Source of the DNA: Candidatus Hydrogenedentota bacterium
GTDB lineage: Bacteria; Hydrogenedentota; Hydrogenedentia; Hydrogenedentales; JAEUWI01
Direction of reading: 5' to 3'
Assembly: GCA_016791475.1 (NCBI GenBank)
Contig: JAEUWI010000018.1
Coordinates: 49,275 to 113,274, forward strand
DNA length: 64,000 nucleotides
Shown: piece after piece, positions 48,333 through 58,359 of the stretch
How positions within the stretch are numbered: position 1 is the first letter of the stretch
Layout: every line of letters starts with the position of its first letter
Notes under the pieces: generated by a model
Told to the model about the DNA's origin: nothing
The model's input: only the letters and a program-made list of their open reading frames with translations
Databases searched by the model: none
Position numbers and translations under genes: made by a program

Positions 48333-48848
48333 TCAGTGCCCGTGTCCGCAGCCGCAGCCGTGGTCATGGCAATGATCGTCGTCGTCGCCATGGATGTGGC
48401 CGTGGGCCAACTCCTCGGCCGTGGCCTCGCGGATGCTGTCGATGGTGACGGAAAAGTGGAGGCGCTCTCCGGCCAGCTCGTGGTTTCCGTCCACCGTGAT
48501 CACGTCGTCGGAAATTTCCATGACCGTGATGGGGACGATACCGTCTTCCGTGTCGGCGTGGAACTGCATGCCCACCTCCAGGGTGTCGATGCCCTCAAAG
48601 GCGCTGCGGGGCACTTCCTGAACAAGCTCGTCATCGTACTCGCCGTAACCGTCCGCCGGCTCGACCACCACCACCTTGGAGTCGCCCACCTTCAGCCCCG
48701 CAAGGGCGCTTTCCAGGCCGTGAATGATGTTGCCATGGCCCTGGATGAAGACGAGCGGTGTACCGCCCTCGGAGGAGTCGATGACCTCGCCATCGTCGTT
48801 CTTCAGGGTGTAGTGCATGCCCACGACGGCGTTGTGTTGGATTTCCAT
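48333..48848 (-). CDS. slyD: FKBP-type peptidyl-prolyl isomerase SlyD with a His/Cys-rich metal-binding tail
   Basis: FKBP core with an IF-domain insert. C-terminus HGHIHGDDDDHCHDHGCGCGHGH. Confidence 0.85.
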   Translation of the reverse strand: MEIQHNAVVGMHYTLKNDDGEVIDSSEGGTPLVFIQGHGNIIHGLESALAGLKVGDSKVVVVEPADGYGEYDDELVQEVPRSAFEGIDTLEVGMQFHADTEDGIVPITVMEISDDVITVDGNHELAGERLHFSVTIDSIREATAEELAHGHIHGDDDDHCHDHGCGCGHGH

Positions 48849-49164
48849 GGTGACTCCTCTCAGGGTTTGGCAATCGGGTGGGTGAAAAAGTATCCAAGTA
48901 TAGCACGGGGAGCGGGATGACTGTGAATTGTTGCGCGGAGAGATGCGGCAGTCTGGGGTCTATGGTCTCCGAGTTTTCATTTCGACCTATAGTCCGATTC
49001 ATCAGACTTCAGACTCTAGACTCGCGATTTAGACCCGCGTTTGTCACGCAATAGATGAGCGGGTAACGGTCAGAGAATCGATTGTTCGGCGCTTTTCGCA
49101 TCGTCTGCCTTCTCCAGGTCCTCAATGTTGTGTCACAGGGCCGATGGTGTCGTTTCGGACGGAT

Positions 49165-49335
49165 TGGACTGATCCGACTGATCTGACTGATCTGACTGAT
49201 CTGACTGATCTGATCGGTCTGATCGGTCTGATCGGTCTGATCGGTCTGATCGGTCTGATCGGTCTGATCCGTCTGATCCGTCTGATCCGTCTGATCCGTC
49301 TGATCCGTCTGATCCGTCTGATCCGTCCGATTGGT
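49165..49335. repeat. VNTR of about 19 tandem 9-bp units arranged in three blocks (GACTGATCT x4, GATCGGTCT x6, GATCCGTCT x7), each unit containing GATC
   Basis: Seen directly. It lies immediately 3' of the gene ending at 49342, on the same transcript strand, and upstream of slyD. Confidence 0.85.
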
Positions 49336-49341
49336 CGCCCA

Positions 49342-51093
49342 TCACTTTGCCGCCAGCGCCGCAATCTCGCCCGCGTCCAGCGCTCTGGCGTGGACCATCA
49401 AGTCCTTCATACGGCCATTGAAATAGTCGTGCTGGCCGAGGCCAATCTTGAGCGACGCTTCGTTGTCGATGTTCAGGTTTGCGTGGGACGCCTCGTTGAC
49501 GTGCTTGCCGTTGACGTACAGGTTCAGCATGCCGCCCTTGCGCTGCGCCGCGAGGTGCACCCAGCCCGAGGGCAGCTCGTAGTCGCGGCTAATGCAGCGG
49601 CCCGTTTCGTAGCTCAGCACGCGCCCGGAAGGGAGCACGCCGCAAAACAGCTTGCCCTGAAACACGGCCATGCTCCAGGCCCGGCGATACTGCACGTCGG
49701 GCGTCAGGTCCAGGCGGCCCGTATCGGTCCAGGTGGTCCCGCCGTCATAGCGGTAGACGTTGGCCAGGGGCAGGGTACCGGCGTAGAGCTTGCCGTTGTA
49801 CACCGCCATGCCCATGCTTTCCTTCTCCACGCCCAGCGCGCCCGTGTCGCGCCATTGGCCCGGGGCCTCCAGCACGAAGACATTGCCGATGGGCCAAGTC
49901 CCCACGAAGAGCTCCCCCTGATGCTGCATGAAGGAGTAGGTCTGGGTCGTTTCCCGTGGCGTGCCGCAGTCGGTCCAGCCGGGATTGTCGTAGCGATAGA
50001 CACCAGAGTAGCCCAGATCGAAGCCCGTGCCGTAAAGGTGGCCATTGTGAACGCCGAGGGCCTCTACTCGGCCGCCGGGATTGCCCAGATCGGTCCAGGT
50101 GGTGCCGCCGTCGTAGCGGAAGAGGCCCGCCGGGGCATAGAGCGAGGAAGCGTAAAGTTCGCCTTTGAACGAAGCCAGCCCATAGATGGCCTCGATCTCG
50201 CCAAGCCGGCCGCAGTCCTCCCATTCCTTCCCCCCTTTGTAGCGATAGACGCGCCCACCGGGCACTTCATTGCCCGAGTCGCCCAGGGCGGAGCCACCGG
50301 AGCGGTAATGGGACGCGGCGGCGTAGAGCTGGCCTTTATGAACGGCCAGCGCCGAAATCGCGTTGCTGTTGAAGGGCGCACCGCAGTCTTCCCACTCGGC
50401 GCCACCGGCGTAGCGGTACACATGGCCCGTCTCGTCCTTGGCGAACTCAAAGGTGCCCGCATAGAGATTGCCCTCGAACACGCAAAGAGACATGGGATAA
50501 ACGGCATTGCCCGGCTTGCCCGCGTCTTTCCACCCTTCCGATTCCGCGCCGTTGTCCAGGCCGAAAAACAAGTTGCGATAGTTCGACTGGGCGTTAACGA
50601 CGCCGTGGTAATTCATAATGCCGAAGTTGAGTCCCTTGCGCGAGGCCGGGTCGTACTTGGTGACCAGATCGCCCAGGGTGTCATCAAGAACCGCTTCGGT
50701 GTGGATCCAGGCGCTTATCGTGAAATCGCCCTCCCCCAGATTCAGTCCATCCGCGTGGGGCACTTCGATGTACGACGTGCGGCCGTCGAACTGCGCCCCT
50801 TCTTTGGCGTCGAATGTGACGCCGCGCACCGCGCCGTCGTGACCATTGCCGGATGCGTCTCTTCCATCCACCGTGAGCGGCCAGTGGGCGATGGGCCCCT
50901 GCGCCTGGTCCTGGGCAAGTGCCGGGCAGGCCATGAGGCCCAGCGCAACAAGGCATTGAATGGGGGTGCGAAGCACGGGGAATCTCCTTCTTGTGGTTCC
51001 TTCCCGTCGAGCAACGCGATCGGGAATTTCGTCATGGTTGTCTTGCAAGTCCCCGCACCTCCCTCGATGGATACGCAGGGCAGGGAATATCAC
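49342..51093 (-). CDS. Secreted protein with LamG/concanavalin-like lectin domains flanking a Kelch-type beta-propeller; possible Tat signal
   Basis: TTRRRFPVL...ACPALAQ (an RRxF-type signal). Repeated YRYDGGTTWTD blades. C-terminal LNLYVNGKHV LamG motif. Confidence 0.7.
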   Translation of the reverse strand: MIFPALRIHRGRCGDLQDNHDEIPDRVARREGTTRRRFPVLRTPIQCLVALGLMACPALAQDQAQGPIAHWPLTVDGRDASGNGHDGAVRGVTFDAKEGAQFDGRTSYIEVPHADGLNLGEGDFTISAWIHTEAVLDDTLGDLVTKYDPASRKGLNFGIMNYHGVVNAQSNYRNLFFGLDNGAESEGWKDAGKPGNAVYPMSLCVFEGNLYAGTFEFAKDETGHVYRYAGGAEWEDCGAPFNSNAISALAVHKGQLYAAASHYRSGGSALGDSGNEVPGGRVYRYKGGKEWEDCGRLGEIEAIYGLASFKGELYASSLYAPAGLFRYDGGTTWTDLGNPGGRVEALGVHNGHLYGTGFDLGYSGVYRYDNPGWTDCGTPRETTQTYSFMQHQGELFVGTWPIGNVFVLEAPGQWRDTGALGVEKESMGMAVYNGKLYAGTLPLANVYRYDGGTTWTDTGRLDLTPDVQYRRAWSMAVFQGKLFCGVLPSGRVLSYETGRCISRDYELPSGWVHLAAQRKGGMLNLYVNGKHVNEASHANLNIDNEASLKIGLGQHDYFNGRMKDLMVHARALDAGEIAALAAK

Positions 51094-51172
51094 GAAATCT
51101 GCGCGGTCGGTTCGCAGGCGCCGCGCTCAACCAAATTGGATTGTAGCCGAGTCGCTTTATGCGAATACAACC

Positions 51173-52585
51173 TCAGGCCCTCGGCGCGAAGCGCGCCACG
51201 ACCAGCCCGAAGCTGCCCAGCACGAAGAGCGAAATCCCAATCGTCTGGCTCCACCCGCCGGGACGCCGCACCACCGTCAAGGCCACCCCCTGGGGGGCGA
51301 AGGGATTCTCTGCCGACAGGGCAAGGACCCATGCGCCGACGCGGACTTCCCTGGTCCCTTCGAGGGCGAAGGTCTGGATCTCCGTCCCCCGTGCATCAAT
51401 CGCGGCCAGATGATAGCGCGCTTCGGGCGGGACCGGTTCCATCTGATAACGGAGGCGGAAGTCACCCAGGGTCTCGCCCGAGCCTTCGCGTAATGCGATG
51501 GCGCCCTCACCCTGGCGCACACGGGCCGCGCGCACCGTATCACCCGGCACGGCGATGGCCTGGGCCATGACCTGCTTCAACACCACGGGAGCCTCAGTCG
51601 CCCCATCCCCCGTCATCTCAAATTCCCGGATGGCCCCGCCCCGCTGAAGGAGGCGACCAATGGCCCGGTTCTCACGCCAGGCGTGGAGGTAAAAGACGCG
51701 GCCCGTGGCCGCCGGATCTTCGTAGATGAACTGGTCCTCGGGCGTGGCGGCGTTCGCCAGCAACGGCCTGCGTTCGCGGCCGACACTGCGCTGAATCTCC
51801 AGTAAAATCCGCCCTTCCTCACGATTAACCTCACCGACGGTAACCTGCGTGCCGTCGCGCAATACAAGACCCGAGCCGGGAACCACGTTCTCAAACCACT
51901 GAATCGCCTTGTCCTCCCGGACGCCCCAGCGCACGCCGCGCACCTGGTCGAGGGAGGAGACGAAGGCTTGTCGCGCCTCCTGCTCGCTCCCGTGCCAGAG
52001 AAAGCAGAGGGCGAGATCGGGCCGGACGATGCTGATGCCGCCGGATTCGAGAAACACCAGGGGGCGTGACGCGCCGGTATCGGAATCGCCCGCCAACTCA
52101 ACAGTCGCCATGGGCGCGCCCCGGGGATCGCGCATGAGTCCTTCCCAGGGCCCCACATCCAGAATTTCCAGCAGCTCACCTTCCAGTTCGACTCGCTGGC
52201 CGGGCACGATCACTTCCCGGCGGGGCTCCCCCGTACCCTCGATAAAAAGTATATCCTTCGGGGGATATTCCCGGACGATTTCTACGCGATCAAGCCGCAG
52301 TGAAAAGGGTAGAACGAGGCCGTCGTATCGTTGCTCGGCCCGCAAGGCCCGGGCGCTTCGCGGATTGTCGAAGAGCAATAGATCCGGCGCCACGGCCCGC
52401 TGGGCAACACCTGGACGAAAGGCGCCGCCGGCCGGACTGAAGGCCAGGCTCTCCGCCGCTCCGGGCAGTAGAAAGACGGAGCCGCTGAATCGCTGGACGT
52501 AGTGAAACACGCCGCCCGCAATGATAAAGAGCGCGCCCAGGTACAGCGTTGATAGAAGGAGCCGCTTTTTTCCTTTGGAAGCCAT
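51173..52585 (-). CDS. Bitopic membrane protein with a large extracytoplasmic domain, function unknown
   Basis: N-terminal and C-terminal TM helices flanking about 400 aa. Coherent ORF. Confidence 0.55.
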   Translation of the reverse strand: MASKGKKRLLLSTLYLGALFIIAGGVFHYVQRFSGSVFLLPGAAESLAFSPAGGAFRPGVAQRAVAPDLLLFDNPRSARALRAEQRYDGLVLPFSLRLDRVEIVREYPPKDILFIEGTGEPRREVIVPGQRVELEGELLEILDVGPWEGLMRDPRGAPMATVELAGDSDTGASRPLVFLESGGISIVRPDLALCFLWHGSEQEARQAFVSSLDQVRGVRWGVREDKAIQWFENVVPGSGLVLRDGTQVTVGEVNREEGRILLEIQRSVGRERRPLLANAATPEDQFIYEDPAATGRVFYLHAWRENRAIGRLLQRGGAIREFEMTGDGATEAPVVLKQVMAQAIAVPGDTVRAARVRQGEGAIALREGSGETLGDFRLRYQMEPVPPEARYHLAAIDARGTEIQTFALEGTREVRVGAWVLALSAENPFAPQGVALTVVRRPGGWSQTIGISLFVLGSFGLVVARFAPRA

Positions 52586-52630
52586 GGGACGGATTATGGC
52601 AGTGTCACAGGCGCGATGACAATTGCCCCC

Positions 52631-53269
52631 TCAGGTGGCGTAGGGACTGACCAGACTCACCTCGGGTTTGTCCCGGTACTTTGCGCCATATACAAAAAAG
52701 TCCACGAGGGAGGCCGCGAGCTCCGGGGAGAGGTGGGTGTCGAGCCGGTTGGACTTCGCCATCATGTGGAAGTCCATGATCCCCAGGAAAACCAGTGTCA
52801 GGCTCTGGCTGCTGCCGCCGGAAAGCTCCTTGTTCTTGAGGCCGTCGCGTATTACATACTCCACCACTTTGAAGCGCTGGCGGATCAGCTTGTCCCGATC
52901 CAGGGGCGGACCCTGCAGGGGGGGCGCAAAGAGCACCTGAAGGATCAGCCGCACCGCCTGTACATTTTCTTCGGCCAGAGCAAACGCCGCGCTGATGATG
53001 CCTTTGAGTCGGGGCACGCAGTGACCCTCCCCCTGGCTGCCCTGATCGATGCGCTGGATCAAATCGCTGAAGGTGGTCTCGAAAAGGCGGCGGAACAGAT
53101 CTTCCTTGTTCTCGAAGTAGTAATACAGCACGGGCCGGGTGACCCCCGCGCCTTCGATGATTTCGCGAATACTGGTACCCTCGTACCCCTTTTCGCTGAA
53201 CAGGGTGAGTGCGCTGCGAAGAAGTTTGGTCTCCGCCTCGTTTACTTGTTGTGCTTCGCCGACCGCCAT
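52631..53269 (-). CDS. TetR/AcrR-family transcriptional regulator
   Basis: N-terminal HTH LLRSALTLFSEKGYEGTSIREIIEGAGVTRPVLYYYFENKEDLF. Confidence 0.85.
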   Translation of the reverse strand: MAVGEAQQVNEAETKLLRSALTLFSEKGYEGTSIREIIEGAGVTRPVLYYYFENKEDLFRRLFETTFSDLIQRIDQGSQGEGHCVPRLKGIISAAFALAEENVQAVRLILQVLFAPPLQGPPLDRDKLIRQRFKVVEYVIRDGLKNKELSGGSSQSLTLVFLGIMDFHMMAKSNRLDTHLSPELAASLVDFFVYGAKYRDKPEVSLVSPYAT

Positions 53270-53363
53270 GGAACCCTCCGCAAGCTACCTACCGTTCGTT
53301 ACTGAATATGTGCGTATTCCGACGGTCGCACAACGCCTTCACGCCGCGATACCAGCCGGTTGG

Positions 53364-53957
53364 TCAGGGGTACAGGCGATCATGATGCCACGCACCCTCC
53401 ACAAGAGTATAGCGCAGTCGGTCGTGAAGCCGGTAGGGTTGTTTCAGCCAGAATTCGATGTGGCTCGGCACCACGCGGAATCCCGACCAGAAGGGCGGGC
53501 GGGGCACCTTGCCGATGGCATACTTGGCGCTGTATTTGGCGATGCGCCGCTCAAACTCCAGGCGCTCGGTATAGGGCTGGGACTGCTTGGACGCCCAGGC
53601 GCCGATCTGGCTCTGTTTTGGTCGGCTGGCAAAGTATTCATCCGCCTCCGCCTCGGTGACGGGCTCCACCCGACCGCGCACGCGCACCTGTTTGTCCAGC
53701 GGCATCCAGTGAAAGTTCAACGCGGCCTTGGGAATCTCCTCCAGCTCTCGGGACTTCGCACTGGTGAGGTTGGTGAAGAAGACAAAGCCCCGGTCGGAGA
53801 AGTCTTTCAGCAGCACCACGCGGGAATCGGGCAACAGGTCGCGATCCACCGTGGAGAGGATCATGGCGTCGGGCTCGGTGATGGCGGCGCATTGCTTCGC
53901 CTCGTCAAACCAGGCGGCGAATAACGTATAGGGATTGGGTTCTTTGGGGATGGACAT
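53364..53957 (-). CDS. pdxH: Pyridoxamine 5'-phosphate oxidase
   Basis: FFTNLTSAKSREL ... RVRGRVEPV ... SRPKQSQIGAWASKQS ... FWLKQPYRLHDR, all PdxH hallmark motifs. Confidence 0.9.
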   Translation of the reverse strand: MSIPKEPNPYTLFAAWFDEAKQCAAITEPDAMILSTVDRDLLPDSRVVLLKDFSDRGFVFFTNLTSAKSRELEEIPKAALNFHWMPLDKQVRVRGRVEPVTEAEADEYFASRPKQSQIGAWASKQSQPYTERLEFERRIAKYSAKYAIGKVPRPPFWSGFRVVPSHIEFWLKQPYRLHDRLRYTLVEGAWHHDRLYP

Positions 53958-54115
53958 GAGAATCCTTGTTGTGGAAGCTTAATTCCGGGTCGCGCGACGA
54001 TCACGGGCTCGTTCAAATGGTTCCGTTTGATGCACGAGGCGGAATCAAGAAGGGCTTCAGGAGCGCAACGGTTTCATCGTGACGACGCAACACTTGCGGC
54101 GCTGGTCCGTTTGCC

Positions 54116-54928
54116 TCAAACAAATTGCTTCATGTATTCGAGGCTCTTGCGTGCGATGGTCTCGGGGCCGGGATCGAAGTTGAATACTTCCACCGAAACG
54201 TACCCGCCGAAGTTTACGTCTTTCAAGGCCTGGAAGATGGGCGCAAAATCGACTTCGCCAAAGCCTGGACCATGGAGGTTCTCGTCGTTGGCGTGATAGT
54301 GCTTCATATGGTTCGCGTGGCGGCGGATGAGCGTTGCCCGGTCGTCCTTTTCAAAGGTCATGGCCTTCGTATCCAGGATCAATTGAAAATTGGGATGGCC
54401 GACCGCATCAATCAGCGTCACCGCCTCCGCCGCGCTCTGGAGAAAATTGGTCTCCATGTGGGTCAGCGGCTCGATGCAGATGGTCACATCGCGGGCTTCG
54501 CAGACCGGCATGGCCGCTTCGAATACCGAGCGGGCATAACCGAAGGCTTCGTCGTAGGTCACGCCTTCCTCAACGTTGCGCTGTTTGGGCGAACCGAAGA
54601 TGATCACCTTGCCGCCGATGTCGCCGCAGAAATTGACCAGCGCCTTGAGGTAATCCGTGGTGAAGGCCCGCACGGCGGGATCGGGGTGGGTGAGGTGAAC
54701 ACCCTGAGGGCCCACGAAAACCCAATGGATTCCCAGAATATCCAGATCCGCCTCGGCGGCGCGCTTCACGATTTCCCCGCGTGTGGCCGTCGATATGTCC
54801 GTAACATATTCTGAAAAGGTAAAGGGAGCGATTTCCAGGCCATCATAACCCGTCTCTTTGACGAAATTAATGGTGCGGCCTATATCGTTCCAGTCTTTGA
54901 AAATTTCGCTGCAGATTCCGAACTTCAC
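54116..54928 (-). CDS. Sugar phosphate isomerase/epimerase (xylose-isomerase-like TIM barrel)
   Basis: MKFGICSEIF ... GYDGLEIAP start and the overall AP-endonuclease-2 / TIM-barrel pattern. Confidence 0.8.
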   Translation of the reverse strand: MKFGICSEIFKDWNDIGRTINFVKETGYDGLEIAPFTFSEYVTDISTATRGEIVKRAAEADLDILGIHWVFVGPQGVHLTHPDPAVRAFTTDYLKALVNFCGDIGGKVIIFGSPKQRNVEEGVTYDEAFGYARSVFEAAMPVCEARDVTICIEPLTHMETNFLQSAAEAVTLIDAVGHPNFQLILDTKAMTFEKDDRATLIRRHANHMKHYHANDENLHGPGFGEVDFAPIFQALKDVNFGGYVSVEVFNFDPGPETIARKSLEYMKQFV

Positions 54929-54940
54929 GTGAACTACTTT

Positions 54941-56296
54941 CTAATTGTCCGCCGCGACCGCTTCGCTGTCGGGCGCTTCTTCCGGTCGGTAGACGTATAC
55001 CTGGTTGCCGCCCGACCGCTTCGCATCGTACATCATGGCATCCGCAAATCGGATGAAGGAGCGCAGGGTACTGCCGGGGCGGTACTCCATCAGGCCCACG
55101 CTCAGGGTCAGGCGATCAAAACGACGCGCCTCGAAAGAGGAACGGATACGTTCGGCGATCACATGGGCCTGTTTCTCGTCGGCTTCCGGCAGGATGACGG
55201 TAAACTCGTCGCCGCCATAGCGGAAACCAATATCCACGTGCTCGCGCGTGCACTCCATGACCACTTCACCCGCGGCCCGGAGCACGCGATCGCCCTCCAG
55301 ATGGCCGTGGCCGTCGTTGTAGGGCTTGAACTTGTCCACATCGAAGAGCAAGAGCGACAGGGGGTGGCCCTGGCGGGTTGCGCGCTCTATTTCCGCGTCC
55401 AATCGATCATAAAAATAGCGCTGATTGTACAGGCAGGTCAGGCTGTCCTTGATGGACATTTCCTTCAGCTCGTTTTCCAGCCGTTTCTGCTGGGTAATGT
55501 CCTTGCAGATCGCCAGCGTGGATATGGTCGCGCCGTCCGGATCGTGAACTTGAGACAGCGACATATTAATCGGAATCAGGGAACCGCCCTTATGGGTGAT
55601 CTCCGTCTCATAGTTCTGCAGGGGCTTGTCGTGGCCGAGCATGCGGAAGATATAAATAAGTTCATCCTGCCCGCCATTGAGCAACTGCTGGAGCGTCATT
55701 CCCAGCAGGGTCTCGCGGTCGTAGCCGAACATGTGCACCGCGCCCTGATTCGCGAAAGAAACACGGTAATCGGGGCCCACCGTGACAATGGCGTCCACGG
55801 TACTGTTGAAAAGACTTTCGAGGTACTCCTTGGTGGCCAGAAGCTCGCGATTCGTCCGCTCCAGATCCACCGTGGCCTCTTTCACCCGGGACTCGAGCTC
55901 GCGCTTGTAGTTCCGATTCTCAATCAGCAGACGGCGGCGATCAAGCGCCTTTTCCACGGCCAGCGAAATCTCAGAGAGATTGAAGGGCTTCAGGAGGTAG
56001 TCGTCCGCCCCCGCGCGCATGGCCTCAATCGCGTTGGTGACCTCGAGCAAGGCCGTCACCACGATGACGGCCATTTCCTCATCCGTACGCTTGGCTTGAA
56101 TGACCACATCGATGCCGTGCAACTCGGGCATTTTCAGATCGGTGATCAACAGATCGAAGCGACGCGCTTTTACCGTTTCGAGTGCCGCCACCGCCGAGGT
56201 GAAGAGTTCACACTCATACCCCTCCTCGGTCAGATGCTGCCCCAGGAGCTCAAGAATGCTCGACTCGTCGTCGAGCACCAGAATACGCTGTTTCAC
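54941..56296 (-). CDS. Response regulator receiver-PAS-GGDEF diguanylate cyclase
   Basis: REC domain (ILVLDDE ... LLITDLKMP). PAS-like middle region. RYGGDEFTVIL GGDEF active site. Confidence 0.85.
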   Translation of the reverse strand: MKQRILVLDDESSILELLGQHLTEEGYECELFTSAVAALETVKARRFDLLITDLKMPELHGIDVVIQAKRTDEEMAVIVVTALLEVTNAIEAMRAGADDYLLKPFNLSEISLAVEKALDRRRLLIENRNYKRELESRVKEATVDLERTNRELLATKEYLESLFNSTVDAIVTVGPDYRVSFANQGAVHMFGYDRETLLGMTLQQLLNGGQDELIYIFRMLGHDKPLQNYETEITHKGGSLIPINMSLSQVHDPDGATISTLAICKDITQQKRLENELKEMSIKDSLTCLYNQRYFYDRLDAEIERATRQGHPLSLLLFDVDKFKPYNDGHGHLEGDRVLRAAGEVVMECTREHVDIGFRYGGDEFTVILPEADEKQAHVIAERIRSSFEARRFDRLTLSVGLMEYRPGSTLRSFIRFADAMMYDAKRSGGNQVYVYRPEEAPDSEAVAADN

Positions 56297-56375
56297 GTGT
56301 TCGTGCTCCCGTTATTCGTGTGCCTGTTGACCGTTAACCGGGACCCATTCCGCCCGGGAATGTTGGCAGGCATGG

Positions 56376-56603
56376 TCAGGCATACTTCAGAACGGCGATC
56401 ATCACGAAAATGGACCCGACCCCCAGACTCATTTCGAGTTTGCTGGGTAGCTTGTCCTTGTCGAACTCCTTGTTGCCCAACTCCCCATCCTTCTTCATCG
56501 CCATCTCCTGGCCCTGAGCGTGGACCTCCTCGGTGCACAGTCCCACCCCAAGGCAAGACCCCAGACACAACAACCCCGCAATCGCCAAATATTTCTTAGC
56601 CAT
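56376..56603 (-). CDS. Small exported/membrane protein (75 aa), probably co-transcribed with the GGDEF regulator
   Basis: AAGGAGA Shine-Dalgarno 11 nt upstream. Signal peptide with a Cys-rich n-region. C-terminal hydrophobic helix. Confidence 0.5.
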   Translation of the reverse strand: MAKKYLAIAGLLCLGSCLGVGLCTEEVHAQGQEMAMKKDGELGNKEFDKDKLPSKLEMSLGVGSIFVMIAVLKYA

Positions 56604-56720
56604 AGTAGTTGGTCTCCTTGTTGAAGCTTCGCCTGCATTGTAAACAGTTGCGAATAAAAGTGCAATCTATTTGACGCGCCATTCTCCTTCCCGGGCCCCG
56701 AAAGGGGGCTCAACTTATTT

Positions 56721-56749
56721 GTTGTCTGTATTTGCCTGTTTTTGTATAA
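56721..56749 (+). promoter_or_regulatory. Sigma70 promoter with extended -10 (TTGTCT-N17-TATAAT, TG at -14)
   Basis: Seen directly, about 55 nt upstream of the ATG at 56803. Confidence 0.5.
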
Positions 56750-56802
56750 TCACCCCACATGCTTTACACCGATTCGCTTAGCTTCACATAGGGCCCTCCT
56801 AC

Positions 56803-57186
56803 ATGGAAAAAATTCTCACTGTCAACGACGTTGCCAACGTGCTTCAGGTCAAGGCCATTACCGTCCGGGAAATGTTTCGCGAAAAGCGACTTCGCGGTTT
56901 CAAGGTTGGCAAGTCCTGGCGCACAACGGAGGTCATGTTGCAGGAGGATATCAACGCCCTCGCGCGCGGGGAAGCCCCCGCCGAACTTCCCGCCCCCGCT
57001 GAAGCACCCGAACGCCCGGCCTCAGCTCCCGTAAAGGTCACCAATACGACCGAAAAACCCGCACCGAAGCCCGCACCCGCCGCGCCAGAGGCTACACCGG
57101 CCCCGCGGACTCCCCGCAAGCCTCCCTCAAGCCCGGCAAAAGAGGGCGAAGACTCGGGCGAAGACACCCAGCAGTTGCTCTTTTAA
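56803..57186 (+). CDS. Excisionase/MerR-like helix-turn-helix DNA-binding protein with a Pro/Ala-rich tail
   Basis: LTVNDVANVLQVKAITVREMFREKRLRGFKVGKSWR matches the excisionase-family HTH (TIGR01764-like). There is no adjacent integrase. Confidence 0.7.
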   Translation: MEKILTVNDVANVLQVKAITVREMFREKRLRGFKVGKSWRTTEVMLQEDINALARGEAPAELPAPAEAPERPASAPVKVTNTTEKPAPKPAPAAPEATPAPRTPRKPPSSPAKEGEDSGEDTQQLLF

Positions 57187-57507
57187 CCGACCGGCTCCGG
57201 GCTGGAGCCGATCCAGCCTTCGGTCCCAGCCGTTTGCACGTGGGACGGCCCGCTCCCGGTCCGCAGCGGCGGCACGCTACCTTGTCGGGCCACGCCATCT
57301 TTTTTCTCGCTCCCGATTGAGAATTGACAAAACTGCGCAAAGCATCTACTATGATGCCCGGTCAACAACGATTCCATCAGGGGTCGAGGCCGCGTTGCGC
57401 CCGGCACCAGCCCAGCGACGCCGGCCCTGGGGAGGTTCAAGTCGAGTGCTCCCCCACCGCTGCATTGGTGATTCTTCACCTGCACCACGAAAACGAAAGG
57501 GAGTGTA

Positions 57508-58359
57508 ATGCGTATTCTGGAGTTCCTGAAAGATTCCAAGGGCGATGTGGAAGCCTCCGGCCTGATACACGAATGCGGGCTGTTCGCCATGTACCACCGG
57601 GTATTCACCCTGGAAGAGCAACAGCGCATTGAGTCCCGCCAGGCGGACTTCCCGTTCACCCGGGGAGAATACATTGCATCGCGCCTCGGCGAGATCGACA
57701 TGATCAGCGATCTCGCCATTTTTTCCCAGCGTTTCAGCGGTTCCCTGGAAGATCGCTTCATTGCGGTCCGACTGAAATATGTCGGGGCTTGCTTTCTTAT
57801 TGAGGCGGGCGACTGGTACGCCCTCCACCTCTTCATACAGGAGATTATCCGGGATGCGGACCATCTCCGGATGCAGTTGCCCGCCGCCCGCGCCTTCACC
57901 AAAGAGTGCTGCGAGCAGCACATCAAGTATTCGCAGCAGATCCTCCACAGCGTGCCCGCCGGCAACCTTCAGGGCGAGCACCTGGGTTACTGGGTCATGT
58001 CTCACCTGCTGGAAGAAGAAACGAACTATGACCGTGCGCTCCACTACGCCGAGCAGGGACTTCACCTCGGCTGGCAGGGCAACTGGGAGGCGCGGATCAA
58101 GCACCTTCAGAAACTTGCGCCACCCCGAAGCACCAAATCCACCATCATCAACACGAGCGGTGGTCGCGCGTCGTCGCTGCCAACTCCGCCCCCCCGTTCC
58201 CTCCATGGCGCGGCGCCCACGCCCCCGCCCCAGTCGAGCGAGCGGAATGTGATGTGTGGGCAGTGCGGCCAGAAGATGCGAATTCCGGCCACATTTACCA
58301 AGGCCTTCGGCGCGTGCGTCAAGTGCGGGAGCCGGGTCGACATTCCCGAGCTCTCGTAA
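57508..58359 (+). CDS. Hypothetical protein with a C-terminal zinc-ribbon (CGQCGQ ... CVKCG)
   Basis: Coherent 283-aa ORF. Pro-rich linker. CxxC...CxxC near the C-terminus. Confidence 0.55.
   Translation: MRILEFLKDSKGDVEASGLIHECGLFAMYHRVFTLEEQQRIESRQADFPFTRGEYIASRLGEIDMISDLAIFSQRFSGSLEDRFIAVRLKYVGACFLIEAGDWYALHLFIQEIIRDADHLRMQLPAARAFTKECCEQHIKYSQQILHSVPAGNLQGEHLGYWVMSHLLEEETNYDRALHYAEQGLHLGWQGNWEARIKHLQKLAPPRSTKSTIINTSGGRASSLPTPPPRSLHGAAPTPPPQSSERNVMCGQCGQKMRIPATFTKAFGACVKCGSRVDIPELS

Noticed and set aside
49165-49335. Possible CRISPR array
   Set aside because: The units are 9 bp with no spacers. They are tandem microsatellite-type repeats, and no cas genes are present.
56803-57186. Excisionase-family HTH gene as a sign of a prophage or integrative element
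   Set aside because: No integrase, no att-like direct repeats and no phage genes are nearby. The flanks are ordinary chromosomal genes, so this is more likely a stand-alone MerR/Xis-type regulator.
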